From contig CAVSGV010000006.1 in assembly GCA_963727815.1 (NCBI GenBank), positions 336,851 to 400,850 on the forward strand: a DNA stretch of 64,000 bases. Reading direction: 5' to 3'. Under the pieces are notes generated by a model. That model was not told the DNA's origin, made no database searches, and saw only the letters and a list, made by a program, of their open reading frames with translations. A program made the translations under genes and the position numbers. The first letter of the stretch is position 1; each line of letters begins with the position of its first letter. Shown piece after piece: positions 1 to 12,119 of the stretch. This stretch comes from an uncultured bacterium. GTDB lineage: Bacteria > Margulisbacteria > WOR-1 > CAVSGV01.

Positions 1-2492
1 CCTGGCGAAAGCGCCCTGGATGTTCAAGTAATCTCCCAGGGTGTATGTGCCGTTAAAGCCCAATACGTCATGCTCTATAGGCCTGTCGGTGACGCTTGCC
101 TGGGCGACGAACAGGACGTCGATATAGAAACTGCTCGTGCTCAGCATGACCGGGGTGACTGTTTGCGGATTAAAGGTGATGGAAGGAGTGTTCGTATAGT
201 TCATAAGGTAGTCGCTTCCTATGCTGAACGTGTCGATGCTCGTGCTTCTGGTGAGGAACTTCAGTTGCGCGCCGGGAACAGAATTGTCCTTTATGTACAC
301 CTGTTCGCTTCCCGGCACGACATTTTGAAGCGTGTTAAGGATGTACTGCGGACTGGCGGCGCTGCCTGTCCCGGTATAATGATCGGTGGCTTTTTTGGAA
401 TAAGTATAATTGATCGTTATCGTGTCCGATGCCTCAAGAGTGGTAAGGTATACTATGGTGCCCGTATCTAATCCGTCAGATAGGTCGTGCGAATCGGTAA
501 TGAACTGCAGCACCGCGGTTGGGATGACCGTCCTGTTGGGCGAAGCCTCTACCGTGGGGAATATGTAATCGACGCCGTATGTCATTACTATGTTGTTCCT
601 GCTCAATGAGACATTACCCACTTCAGTCCGCGGTACCGGCCAGTTCTTCAGCCAGATGGTATTGTTGTTATTGATAATGTCGCTGCCGTTGAACGTGTCC
701 GCCGCAGAGATGCTCGGCGGCGTGGTCCCGCGCTTTCCGGATTCCTTCAGGTAGCTTACGCCCATCGTCAGCGACCTTGGGGTTGCCGGCGTCACGGGAG
801 GGGGAGTTGAGGCGATCACAATATACCTGTATTTGACCAGAACGTTCGTGGTCGTGGGCACCGCCGTGTAAAAAGTGATCTTTCCCTGGCTGTAGTCGAT
901 CGTGTAATCAAGCTCTCTTACGAACGGGATGTTGTTCACGTAAACCTGTTCGCTCCCTTCAATGACGCCTTCATGGGCGAGAACATAAGGCCCTTTTCCG
1001 TTCCCGGGCAGCGTCTCCGATTCCGACGCGACCTCTGTGTATTCATATTCAACCGATAGGGGATTGTCGGCGGAAGGAAGATTGGGCCGCAAAAGCGTTA
1101 TTGTCCCGTCATTATAATCGATGAGGTAATCCTCGAATTTCTTGAGCTGAGTGCCGCCGAAAGATATCTTTTCGCTGTAAGGTATTATAGGGGTATTCTT
1201 CAGCTTATATACGCCCGTGCTTTCCCATTCATTTTGCGCCCGGACCGATTCCTGCGTCGACGTGCTTTCAAATGTTTCCGGATTGGAGAGTCCGCGTATT
1301 ATGTTGTCCCTCCATTTATCAGCGAGGTCGGAGGGCTGCATATTGTTCATCTGAGATTCCGCCGGCGATGCCGTCGCGATGGTCATTCCCCTGCTAACGA
1401 CTATGCCGCTTCCGTTGACGACTGAGCTCTTTATTTCCCCGCTGGTCACGCCTTCGTCCGCGAGCGTCTGCAGCCTTTCTTCTATTTGCTCAGCCTTTAT
1501 AAGCGGGCTGGCTTCACCGGAAACCCTGTGCATCACAATGACCGGGATGTCGTTCACCTGGACGACATATGATCCGCCCGCCTCGCTGGAAGCTTCTATT
1601 GAAATGTTCGTCGGAATGACAATGACCTCTTTGGTCGCCGAGGCCGGTCCCGGCTCGAACAAGGATGGGAAATATTCAGTGTTGGTTTTAACCGCCTTTT
1701 CTTTCTTGGCCGCCGGCATCCCCAGAAGGACCGGGTTCACGACCATTTTTGCCTCAAGGCCTACGAAATCCCTTTGGGAGACCGTCGGAAAGAATACATC
1801 GAGCATGTTCGTGAACTCATACGAATACGTGAATACGTCGGACGGCGAAAGGATCCGAGAAAATGTGATCGTTCCGCCGAAGTAGTCTATGGTGTAATCG
1901 CTGCCGGCATTTAGCGTCACATTGTTCAACTGGATCTTTTCAGAGCCTTCGATGATGGAGCCGTGGCCGAGAGAGTAGGGGCCTTTCGTGTTATTGCCGC
2001 TCTGTGATACAAGCGACTGGGTTTCGCTCTTCAGTTTCGATGAAGGCACCAGGGTCAGAGCGTACCAGTCGTCGGTTGAGGTTATCATGACGCCGTTCAG
2101 GAACTTGGAGGTCGACACGAATTCATTGTTGGAGAAGTTGGCCTGGAAATCCCCGAAGGTGAGGTGGGTCTTGTCATAAGTGACGTTAACGTCGAACTTA
2201 TCCGGCGTGTCCGGCTGCTGTTCCAGGTCATATGATACCGCAAGTTTTTCGGTGAGCTTTCCTTCGATGCGCAGTTTCAGTTTTTCCTGCCAGGGACCCG
2301 AGGCATAATATCCTCCCAGCATTGATCGGCCTGGAAGATGTTCGCAATATTGTCAACGTTGATGGAGTTATAGCTGTAATCTTTATAACCGGAGACCTCT
2401 ATCTGAGGGTATGTGGTGGCCGAATATACGGCCGTTCCTGAAAAAAGAACGAACAATAAGCATATTGCCGCGAGGAGCCTGCGCGCAAAAAT
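1..2492 (-). CDS. Large exported/outer-membrane protein with three SprA(Sov)-like 'GSE...DY.IDY..G.I' repeats; 5' part only, runs off the window
   Basis: Manual minus-strand translation: signal-like FARRLLAAICLLFVLFSGTAVYSA, then a frameshift near 2325, then a long open frame with GPYSLGHGSIIEGSEKIQLNNVTLNAGSDYTIDYFGGTITF and two similar repeats. Absent from the ORF track because there is no stop inside the window. Start codon uncertain. Confidence 0.75.
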
Positions 2493-2495
2493 AAA

Positions 2496-3747
2496 TTAGG
2501 CTTTAAACTTTTTTGCTGCAAGTACTGCGTTATGCCCTCCAAAACCAAAAGAGTTCGAGATAGCCGCACGCACCGTCATTTTTCTTGCAATGTTCGGGAC
2601 GTAATCCAGATCGCAAAACTCGGGTCCGGATTTTCATAGTTGATAGTGGGAGGGACGATGTCGTTCGCCATGGAGAGGACGGTGGCGATGAATCTCCACG
2701 CCTCCTGCCGCGCCCAGCAGTGGCCCACCATGGACTTGTTCGAGCTGATCGCGAGCTTTTTGCCGTGTCGCCGAACACTCTCTTGATCGCCATGGTTTCG
2801 AACTTGTCGTTAAGTTCGGTCGACGTGCCGTGGGCATTGACGTGATCGATATCCTGAGGCTTAAGTCCGCCGTCTTTCAGTGGCTCGATGCATCGCCCTG
2901 GCTGCTCCTTCGCCTCCGGGCGCTGGCGCGGTAATATGGTATGCGTCGCCTGACATGCCGTAGCCGGCCAGTTCCGCGTATATGTTTGCGCCTCTCTTTT
3001 TCGCGTGTTCCAAAGATTCGAGGATCACGATGCCGGAGCCTTCTCCCATAACAAACCCGTCCCTGTCCCGTCGAAAGGCCTCGAAGCTTTCTCGGGTTCA
3101 TCGTTCCTTCCGGTGGAAAGCGCCCTTGCGGCGCAGAAACCGGCAATGCCGAGAGGGGTAATTGATGCTTCGGCTCCGTCCGCGATCATCACGTCGGCGT
3201 CTCCGCGCTGGATTATCTTCATCGCATCGCCGATGTGAATTCGTTCCCGTAGCGCAGGCAGTGACAGTGCAGCAGTTCGGGCCTTTGGCCCCCGATAAAA
3301 TGGAGACCTGTCCGGCGGCCATGTTGGCTATCATCCACGGGACCGTGAAAGGGCTTACATTTATCAGGCCCCTTTTCGAGCAGTGATCAGCGCCTGTTCT
3401 TCAAGGAATTCGATCCCGCCGATGCCAGAGCCAATGAGCATTCCGATCCTGTTCGCGTTCTCAGGTGTTATGGAAAGTTTCGCGTCAGCCACGGCCAGTT
3501 TTGCCGCCGCTATCGCGAACTGGATGAATCGCGTTATGCCTGCGAGCATCTTTCTTGTCCATGTAAAGGGAGGGATCAAAATCTTTTACTTCGGCGGCTA
3601 TCTGGCGTGGGTATTTGTCGGGATCAAAATGGGTTATCCTTTCCATGCCGCTCTTTCCGGCGATAAGATTGTTCCAGAATGTTTCTTTTCCCGTGCCGAT
3701 GGATGTTATGCAGCCGAGCCCGGTGACAACGACCCTCACTTTTGCAT
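2496..3747 (-). CDS. fabF: 3-oxoacyl-ACP synthase II (several frameshifts)
   Basis: Fragments [78 protein letters not shown]; stop TAA at 2496-2498. Confidence 0.93.
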
Positions 3748-3750
3748 TCT

Positions 3751-4700
3751 TCAGCCTCTTTCACAAGGTCCGATCAGCACGTCGACGGCCGGTTTAATCG
3801 TTCGTGTCCTTTATCTTCCAGACGTTGCCGCCGGAAAAAACTATTCCCTCATCGACAGTTCCCTGCTGCGCGTTGATCAGCGCCTGGATGATGCAGTATT
3901 CAAGCGAACACTTTTTAAGGCAGTAATCGCAGCCGATCGGCTTGCGGAGCCTTCTTGTCCAGGAATCTTTTCCACGAACTTGGTCTTGATCGCCCGTCCC
4001 GGCATTCCCACCGGGCTTGAGATTATGACGATATCCTCTTTCTTCGCGTTCTGATAGACCTTCTTATACTCGGGAGCGGCCGCGCATTCATTCGTGAGCA
4101 CGAACCTGGTCGCTATCTGCACGCCGTCCGCGCCAAGCTTGAACATCTTGACGATGTCGCAGCCGTCGGTGATGCCGCCTGCGGCTATGACGGGAAGTTC
4201 CGTGACAGCCCTAACCTCGGGGATATATGTCTGCAACGTGCCTGTCCGTGCCAAGATGTCCGCCCGCGTCGTAACCCTCTACAACGATCGCGGAGGCGCC
4301 GCTCTTGTCGGCTATCTTCGCGAGTTTGGCCGAAGAAACGATAGGGAGGATCGGAGTGCCGGATTCATCTCCGATCTTGAAGATATCCCTGGAGAAGCCG
4401 GCACCTGTTGTAATGACGCTGATGCTTTCCTCTATAGCCGTCTTGACGGCGCCCAGGAATTCCCTCGCGGCGAACATTATGTTAATCCCGACGATGCCCG
4501 CCCATGGCTATTTCCCTGGCTTTCCTTATCTCTTCCCTCAGCTCCGTGAGGTCCATGCCGGAAGCGCCGATCATGCCGACACCGCCGGCCCTGGCGATGG
4601 TTCCCGCCAGAAGGCCGGTCGATATCTTGACCGCCATGCCGCCCTGTATTATCGGTATCTTTGCGACAAGTTCACCTATCTTCAACTCAGGCAATTTCAA
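3751..4700 (-). CDS. Nitronate monooxygenase/FabK-family flavoprotein, FabX-like with C-terminal Fe-S cysteines (frameshifted)
   Basis: PIIQGGMAVKIS, VVEGYDAGGHLG, PVIAAGGI, SPVGMPGRAI, and in another frame GCDYCLKKCSLEYCIIQALINAQQG. 3' end approximate. Confidence 0.85.
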
Positions 4701-4782
4701 GCGCTTCCTCCCTAATATGCATTCCCTTCGCCTGTCCCGGATCAGTGATAATCAAGGACCTGCGAAGTAATCGTTATCTGAC

Positions 4783-5029
4783 TTACTTCTTGCCGTGCGA
4801 GAGAACGTAGTTGACCGTGTCTCCAACTGTCTTGATCTTCTCCGCTTCTTCGTCCGGTATCTCCAGACCAAAAGCTTCTTCAAGCGCCATGACCAACTCG
4901 ACCGTATCCAGCGAATCCGCGCCCAGGTCATCGACGAAAGAAGCTTCTTTCTTCACTTCACGCTTCTGAAACTCCCAGCTGATCCACGACCACTTTCTTC
5001 ACCTGCTCGAACACTTTTGCCTCATCCAT
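4783..5029 (-). CDS. acpP: Acyl carrier protein (one frameshift)
   Basis: Manual translation [23 protein letters not shown] / [47 protein letters not shown]; phosphopantetheine DSL motif. Confidence 0.93.
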
Positions 5030-5076
5030 TACACTATCACCCCTTTCTTAAAATATACTCAATAGTCAAAAATACA

Positions 5077-5817
5077 TTACATGTACATTCCGCCGTTAAC
5101 GTTCATCACCTGTCCCGTCATGTAATCCGCGTCGGCGCAAAGGAAAACAACGGCTTTTGCTATGTCATCCGGAGTTCCGAGCCTGACGAGCGGGTATCTG
5201 CTCGCTGAGCTTTTCTTGACGTCGTCGGACAACTTCTGCGTCATCGCCGTGTCAATGAACCCCGGAGCGATCGCGTTGCAGGTGATATTCCTGCCCGCAA
5301 GTTCCCTGGCCACGGTCTTTGTGAACCCGATAGCTCCGGCTTTCGCCGCCGCATAGTTCGCCTGTCCGAAATTACCCATTTCGCCGACGATCGACGCTAT
5401 GTTAATTATTCTACCCCAACGTGATTTCATCATCAAGGGGGCCACCGCCTTCGTGCAGAGGAACATGGATCTCAGGTTCACGTTCAGCACCGCGTCCCAG
5501 TCCTCGTCCTTCATCCTGATAAGAGGCGTGTCGCGCGTGATGCCGGCGTTGTTCACCAGATATGTCGATCTTGCCGAAAGTCTTTGCGATCTGCTCGATG
5601 CCGGTAGTTGACGTCCGCGGAATCTGCCACGTTCATCTTGACCGCCATGGTCTTTACGCCCATCTCGGCGATCTCCTTGGCTGTGGCGAGCGCGGCGTCC
5701 ATGTTGATATCCGAAATCACGATGTCCGCGCCTTCTTTTGCCAGCGCTATCCGCGATGGACTTACCGATCCCCTGCGCGGAGCCGGTTACCAGAGCGACT
5801 CTTCCTTTTAGTTTCAT
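5077..5817 (-). CDS. fabG: 3-oxoacyl-ACP reductase (compensating frameshifts)
   Basis: [53 protein letters not shown]; SD AGGAGG upstream of 5817. Confidence 0.93.
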   Translation of the reverse strand: MKLKGRVALVTGSAQGIGKSIADSAGKRRRGHRDFGYQHGRRARHSQGDRRDGRKDHGGQDERGRFRGRQLPASSRSQRLSARSTYLVNNAGITRDTPLIRMKDEDWDAVLNVNLRSMFLCTKAVAPLMMKSRWGRIINIASIVGEMGNFGQANYAAAKAGAIGFTKTVARELAGRNITCNAIAPGFIDTAMTQKLSDDVKKSSASRYPLVRLGTPDDIAKAVVFLCADADYMTGQVMNVNGGMYM

Positions 5818-5836
5818 ATGAATACCTCCTTTCGAT

Positions 5837-5913
5837 GTCACCCTGAGCCAACGGCGAAGGGTCTGCATTTTTAAATTCAGATTCTTCGTCCGCCTGCGGC
5901 AACTCAGAATGAC
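5837..5913. repeat. REP-like palindromic element, copy 1 (GTCACCCTGAGC..CGAAGGGTCT..AGATTCTTCG..CTCAGAATGAC)
   Basis: Imperfect inverted repeat between fabD and fabG; a closely similar copy lies at 10076-10141. Confidence 0.8.
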
Positions 5914-5932
5914 TTTTCGGATAATCGATCTC

Positions 5933-6886
5933 TCAATTGCCCGGATGCAAGCTTCCCAGGAAATCTCCCAGGCTCGCCGCATCCGAGACGTTGTACATCT
6001 TCGCTTTCGGATCTATCTTTTTTATCAGGCCGGTCAGAACTTTGCCCGGGCCGACCTCAATGAAAGTGTCAAAGCCGTCATTTGACATCTTCATGATCGG
6101 AGCCTTCCCACAGGACGGGGGAGGTCATCTGCTTCACGAGAAGCTCTTTGATCGTAGACACGCTGAAGTCACGTAATCCGCCGTAACGTTGGACACAACC
6201 GGTATCGACGCGATCCTTAAATGCGAACTTGTTCGAGTTCCGCCGCCAGATTTATCTGCCGCCGGTTTCATAAGGCTAGAATGGAACGGAGCGCTCACTT
6301 GAAGCTCTATCACGCTCTTTCGCTCCCGCTTCTTTGCAGAGCCTCGTTGCTTCCGCGACTCCCGCCACCTTGCCCGATATCACTATCTGTCCGGGGCAGT
6401 TCATGTTCGCCGCTTCGACGACGCCTTTTTCCGATGCCTTTACGCAAATTTCTTTCACTATATTATGATCTAGCCCGAGCATCGCCGCCATTGTTCCCTC
6501 GCCGACAGGGACTGCGGTCTGCATGAACTTGCCCCTTACATTGACCAGCTTCACCGCGTCTTTGAAGACAGCGATCTCCGGCCGCGTAAAGAGCGGTGTA
6601 TTCACCCAGGCTGTGCCCCGCCGCCGCTTCCGCCTTGATGCCGCCGAAAGACTTCATCGCCTCGAGGCAGATCGCCGAGACCGTCAGTATCGCCGGCTGG
6701 GTGTATCTCCGTTTTTTTCAGCTCTTCATCAGGTCCCTCGAAGCAGAGCTTCGCGAGGTCGAAGCCCAGAGCCGAATTCGCCTCATCGAAGAATTTCTTC
6801 GTATAGCTGAACTTGGCGACAAGGTCCTTGCCCATCCCCACGTACTGAGAGCCCTGTCCCGGGAAAACAAAAGCGATCTTGGACAA
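5933..6886 (-). CDS. fabD: Malonyl-CoA:ACP transacylase (frameshifted)
   Basis: [65 protein letters not shown]. Confidence 0.93.
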
Positions 6887-6887
6887 G

Positions 6888-8089
6888 TTATCCTCTGACC
6901 TCTTTCAGTTTCTTCGTGAGCTTGGGCACGATCTCGAAAAGATCGCCCACTATGCCGTACGTGGCGACTTTGAATATGGGCGCCTCGGGATCCTTGTTTA
7001 TGGCGACGATGATGTCGGACGACTGCATTCCGGCCAGATGCTGTATCGCGCCGGAGATTCCTACGGCGATATAAAGTTTCGGGCACACTGTCTTTCCCGT
7101 CTGTCCAACCTGGTGATGGGAAGATATCCAGCCCGCGTCAACGGTGGCGCGCGAAGCTCCTACCGCCCCGCCGATCACCTCCGCCAGCTCCTCGACCAGC
7201 TTGAAGTTCTCCGGCGCCCGCAGGCCTCTTCCGCCGGAAACGATGATCTCCGCTTCGGCGAGATTCACCTTTACTGTCTGTGTCTTTGATGATCTCGGCA
7301 AGTTTCGCGATAAGGTCTTCGCTGCTTTATCTTCGGGGAGACCTTTATGATCTCGCCTTTCCTGGAATGGTCCGGCTCCGCTTTCTTGAAGACCTTAGGC
7401 CTTACGGTGGACATCTGCGGCCTGTGGTTCTTGCATATGATAGTGGCCATGATGTTGCCGCCGAAAGCCGGACGCGTCTGCTGGAGCAGTTTCGTTTCCT
7501 TGTCTATCGCAAGCCCAGTGCAGTCTGCCGTAAGCCCGGCGTTGATCCTGGCGGCGATCCGTGACGCCAGGTCGCTTCCGGTCGTCGTTGCGCCGAAAAG
7601 AACGATCTCCGGCTTGTACTGGCTTATCATGTCCGATATCACCGGAGCGTAGGGGAGGGTGGTGTAGTCCTTCAGCTCCGGCGCTATTGCGAGATAGACC
7701 TTGTCGGCGCCGTAAGCGATCAGTTCCTTCGCTTCCTTTTCGACGTTCGGGTCGCCGAGAAGAAGCGCGCAAAGCTCGACTCCAAGCTCCTTGGCCAGCT
7801 TTTTGCCTTCGCCGAGAAGTTCGACCGCGACCGGATGCACGTCGCCCTCATACTGTTCCGCGAAGACCCAAATGCCCTTGTACTGGCTCTTATCAACTGA
7901 CGTTGACGTCTTCTTTTGTGATCTCGATCGCCTTGAACTTGCAGGAGGAGGGGCAGGCGCCGCAGAGAGTGCACTTATCAAGGTCGATGACCGCTTTCTT
8001 GTCGACTATGGTTATCGCGCCGAGATGGGCACGCCGGCACGCAGAGCTTGCACCCGATGCACTTGTCATTTGATAACTCTTATGCCCAT
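6888..8089 (-). CDS. etfA: Electron transfer flavoprotein alpha subunit with N-terminal 2[4Fe-4S] ferredoxin domain (frameshifted)
   Basis: [45 protein letters not shown]; N-terminal CIGCKLC and [13 protein letters not shown] motifs. Confidence 0.92.
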
Positions 8090-8090
8090 A

Positions 8091-8878
8091 TCAGCAGACC
8101 TTCCTGTCGCGGAGTTTTTTCACCAGCGAATCCACCATCTCATCGGCCGATCCGTTGAGTATCTCCCCGCCGCCTTTCGGTGGAGGAGTGAATATCTTTA
8201 CGACGGAAGTGGGCGAACCCTTTTGTCCGATCTTGCCGTCTTCGGCGTTGATGTCCTTCGCGCCCCACGTGGGGATGACAGCGCTCTTCGCCTTTATCTT
8301 TCCTTTGAAAGAGGGCATCCTGGGAGTGTTCATCTGTTTCACAACGGTTATGACGAGCGGGAAGCTTGAGTTCGATTATTTCATTGGTGTCTTCAAGCAG
8401 CCTGTTCATCTTTGGCCATGTTGCCGTTCACTTCTATGCCGACCGCGAAAGTGACCTGAGGCAGATCCGAGGAATTCCGCAACTCCCGGGCCTACCTGCG
8501 CGGTATCACCGTCTATCGCCTGTTTTCCGCATATAATGAGGTCAAACTGGCCGATCTTTTTGATTGCCGATGCGAGAGTGTAAGAGGTAGCCCACGTATC
8601 GGATCCCGGCAAATGCGCTGTCGGATAAGAAGCACCGCTTCATCCGCGCCCAGGGCGATGGCGTCCCGCAGCGCCGAGGTCGCCTGCGGAGGACCCATCG
8701 TTATGACGGTCACTTTTCCGCCGTGCTTGTCGCGCAGCTGGAGCGCCGCTTCTATCGCGTTCTCGTCAAATGGATTGATGATGGCCTCCACGCCTTCTCT
8801 TATGAGCGTGTTGGTTTCGGGGTTTATCCTGACCTGCGTGGTTCCCGGGACCTGTTTGATGCAGACAATGATGTTCAT
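8091..8878 (-). CDS. etfB: Electron transfer flavoprotein beta subunit (frameshifted)
   Basis: [52 protein letters not shown]. Confidence 0.92.
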
Positions 8879-8898
8879 CTCTGGCTGTAGCCTACTTT

Positions 8899-10051
8899 TT
8901 AGCCGCAAGCTCCTTGATCAGCTCGAGCGCGATGACGTTGCGCTGTATCTGGTTGGTGCCCTTCGTATATCTGCGTTATCTTGGCGTCCCTCATCATCTT
9001 CTCGACCGGATATTCCTTCATGTAGCCGTATCCGCCGAACAACTGCACCGCGTCGGTGGTCACCTTCATTGCGGTGTCGGACGCGAACAGCTTGCACATC
9101 GCGGAAAGCTTTGACGTTTCCTTTGAGCCCGCGTCGATCTCCTTTGCGGCGGCGTATACAAGCGCTCCTTGCGGCTTCCGTCTGCGTGGCCATGTCGGCC
9201 AGCATGTGCTGGATGGCCTGGAACGTGCTGATCTTTGCGCCGAACTGCTCCCTCTCCCGTGAATATTTAAGCGCTTCATTCAGCGCGCCCTGCGCTATGC
9301 CGACCGCCTGAGCCGCGATGCCGGGCCTGGTCTTGTCCAGCGTTTTCATCGCGACGATGAAGCCCATGCCTTCTTTGCCGAGCATCTGGCTCTTGTGGAC
9401 TTTGCAGTCCTGGAAAACAAGCTCCCTTGTCGCCGATGCCCTGATGCCCATCTTGTTCTCTTTTTTCCGAAAGTGAATCCTGGCATGTCCTTTTCAAGTA
9501 TGAAAGCGGAAGCGCCTCTTGCGCCCTTTGCCTTATCGGTGATGAGCGATGACGGAATATGTTTCCGCTTCGCCGCCGTTGGTTATCCACTGTTTTGTGC
9601 CGTTGAGTATGAAATAGTCGCCGTCTTTCTTTGCCGTGGTCTGCATTCCGCCCGCGTCACTTCCCGCGTTCGCTTCGGTCAGCCCGAATGCCGCCAGTTT
9701 TTTCCGCGGACGCGATATCAGGCAGATATTTTTTCTTCTGTTCCTCGCTGCCAAAAAGGATTATCGGCATCGTGCCCAGGCCTGTTGCCGCGTAAGAGAG
9801 AGCGATGCCGGCGCAGACGGTGAAAGCTCTTCTGTGGCGATGCAGTATTCCATGGTGCCGCCGCCGATGCCGCCGTACTTTTCCTCTATCCCGATCCCGG
9901 TAAGGTTCGCTTCCGCGCACGCCTTCACGACCTCCCACGGGAACTTTCCGCTCTCATCCAGCTCCGCTCTTAAAGGAAGCGCTTTTTCCACCGCGATCTT
10001 CCTGGCCAATTCCTGGATCATTTTCTGTTCTTCAGTGAATCCGTAATCCAT
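8899..10051 (-). CDS. Acyl-CoA dehydrogenase, butyryl-CoA dehydrogenase (Bcd)-like (frameshifted)
   Basis: [67 protein letters not shown]. Confidence 0.9.
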
Positions 10052-10075
10052 TTCAATTACCTCCTATATCGAATT

Positions 10076-10141
10076 GTCACCCTGAGTGAAACGAAGGGTC
10101 TGTGTTTTGAAATTCAGATTCTTCGCTTTGCTCAGAATGAC
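10076..10141. repeat. REP-like palindromic element, copy 2
   Basis: GTCACCCTGAGTGAAACGAAGGGTCT...AGATTCTTCGCTTTGCTCAGAATGAC; same family as 5837-5913. Confidence 0.8.
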
Positions 10142-10161
10142 CTTGTGCAGTTTCCGACACA

Positions 10162-11124
10162 TCACCATTTCATCACATTTGAACCGTAAGTCAAACCCGC
10201 GCCGAACCCGGCGAATACAACGATATCCCCTTTTTTTATCCTTTTATCTTTAAGCGCTTCATCAAGTGCAATGGGGATAGAAGCCGCCGAGGTGTTTCCG
10301 TACCGGTCGAGATTAACATAGACCTTTTCCTTTGGCAAGCCAAAATTCTTCATCGCATGATCCACAATTCTTATATTCGCCTGGTGCGGAATAAGAAGTG
10401 AAATGTCTTTTGGTTTCAGGCCCGCCTTAGCCAGGACCTTTTCCACCGATAACGGGAAAGCTTTTACAGCGAACTTAAAAACTTCCTTCCCGTCCATGGT
10501 TATGAAGCGCTTCTTTGCTTCAGGATCCCGGGATCCGCCACCCGGCATGGTGAGATACTTGCTTCCCGTGCCGTCCGCTCCAAGATGGCTGGCAAGTACT
10601 CCGCTGCCGTCCGTCGTCGCTCTCAGAACGACCGCTCCCGCGCCGTCGCCGAAAAGTATGCAGGTATTCCTGTCCGTCCAGTCCAGATATTTTGTAAGAG
10701 TATCGGCTCCGATCACCAGTATGGTGCTGTATGCGCCGGATTCGATAAAGCTGGAGGCCGTTGCCATGACGAAATTGAAACCGGAACATGCAGCCTCACA
10801 ATCGAATGCAGCGGCGTTCCTGGCTCCGATCGCTGCCTGCACAAGGCAGGCGGTGGACGGGAATAGCATGTCAGGAGAAGATGTTCCTACTATTATAAGT
10901 TCGATCTCTTCGGGGGATATCTTTGCTGAATCGATCGCCTTTTTCGCGGCTTTGACAGCGAGATCGGATGTGGCTTCTTCGGGACTGGAGACCCTGCGCT
11001 CCCTTATGCCGGTGCGCGTTCTTATCCATTCATCAGATGTGTCGACCATCTTGGCGAGATCGTCGTTGGTCACTATCTTCTCCGGCAGGCACGAGCCTGT
11101 TCCTATTATCCCGGCTCTTCTCAT
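10162..11124 (-). CDS. fabH: 3-oxoacyl-ACP synthase III
   Basis: DTSDEWIRTRTGIRERR, AACSGF, LFGDGAGA, HQAN, GNTSAASIP, GFGAGLT. Confidence 0.97.
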   Translation of the reverse strand: MRRAGIIGTGSCLPEKIVTNDDLAKMVDTSDEWIRTRTGIRERRVSSPEEATSDLAVKAAKKAIDSAKISPEEIELIIVGTSSPDMLFPSTACLVQAAIGARNAAAFDCEAACSGFNFVMATASSFIESGAYSTILVIGADTLTKYLDWTDRNTCILFGDGAGAVVLRATTDGSGVLASHLGADGTGSKYLTMPGGGSRDPEAKKRFITMDGKEVFKFAVKAFPLSVEKVLAKAGLKPKDISLLIPHQANIRIVDHAMKNFGLPKEKVYVNLDRYGNTSAASIPIALDEALKDKRIKKGDIVVFAGFGAGLTYGSNVMKW

Positions 11125-12119
11125 TTTTCAGCCTCTCCAACCTTTGAAATGAATTCCACGACCTTGCCTTCGACGGACTCATACGCAACCCGGATGGCGT
11201 TCTTTATCGCTTTTGATTTAGCGCGGCCATGGGCTTTTACTACGACTCCGTTTATTCCCAGAAGCTCGGCGCCGCCGAACTCATCATAATCAACTTTTTT
11301 CTTGAGCCGCAGAAGCGCGGGGATAAGGAATATCGCCGCGAACGCGGCCAGAGGATGGCTTTTCAGCTCTCCGCCGAGCATCTCGAGTATGAACGTCGCG
11401 GTTGATTCGCTGAACTTAAGCATCAAATTCCCGATGAAACCGTCGCAAACGACCACATCAACGTGACCCGCAAATATCTCCTTGCTCTCCACCATCCCGA
11501 TGAAATTTACGCTCTTCTCTTCTTTGAGGAGGGGATATGTGCTGGTCGTAAGTTCGTTGCCTTTTTCGGGTTCCTCGCCTATGTTCACGAGGCCTACTTT
11601 GGGATCGTTGACGTGGAGCACGTACTGCGAATAGACCGCTCCCATCTTCGCGAAAGCGACGAGGTGCGCGGGCTTGCAGTCGACGTTGGCGCCCATATCA
11701 AGGAGAAGAAGTTTTCCCTTCTTCGAGGGGAATATGGTGGCGAGAGCGGGCCTGTCAATGCCGCGGATCCTGCCCAGCCCGAAAAGCGATGCTGCCATGA
11801 GGGCGCCGGTGTTGCCGGAAGAGACGAACGCCTCCGCTTTATTTTCTTTTACGAGAGCTACGCCTTTTACTATCGAGGAATCTTTTTTCTGTTTTATGGC
11901 CTGGACGGGGGATTCGCTTGTTTCTATGACTTCAGTTGCGTTGATGATGGAAATGTTTCCGGGGTGTTTGTGTTTCTTAAGCTCTCTTGCGATGGCCTCT
12001 TCGCGGCCGACCAGGATCAACTCTGCCGCGGGCAGTTCCTTCGCGGCAAGCACCGCTCCTGCTATCGTTTCAGACGGGGCGTGGTCGCCGCCCATAGCGT
12101 CAAGAGCGATGCGGATCAA
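11121..12119 (-). CDS. plsX: Phosphate acyltransferase
   Basis: IALDAMGGDHAP, SSGNTGA, DMGANVD, NIGEEPEKG, KAHG. Confidence 0.97.
   Translation of the reverse strand: MIRIALDAMGGDHAPSETIAGAVLAAKELPAAELILVGREEAIARELKKHKHPGNISIINATEVIETSESPVQAIKQKKDSSIVKGVALVKENKAEAFVSSGNTGALMAASLFGLGRIRGIDRPALATIFPSKKGKLLLLDMGANVDCKPAHLVAFAKMGAVYSQYVLHVNDPKVGLVNIGEEPEKGNELTTSTYPLLKEEKSVNFIGMVESKEIFAGHVDVVVCDGFIGNLMLKFSESTATFILEMLGGELKSHPLAAFAAIFLIPALLRLKKKVDYDEFGGAELLGINGVVVKAHGRAKSKAIKNAIRVAYESVEGKVVEFISKVGEAEK

Noticed and set aside
2300-10050. Dense frameshifts as programmed recoding or pseudogenisation of the fab/etf operon
   Set aside because: Single-base indels hit essential genes (acpP, fabD, fabG, fabF) at random while catalytic motifs are intact, and their density falls after about 10 kb. 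This fits low-coverage long-read error; read re-mapping would confirm.
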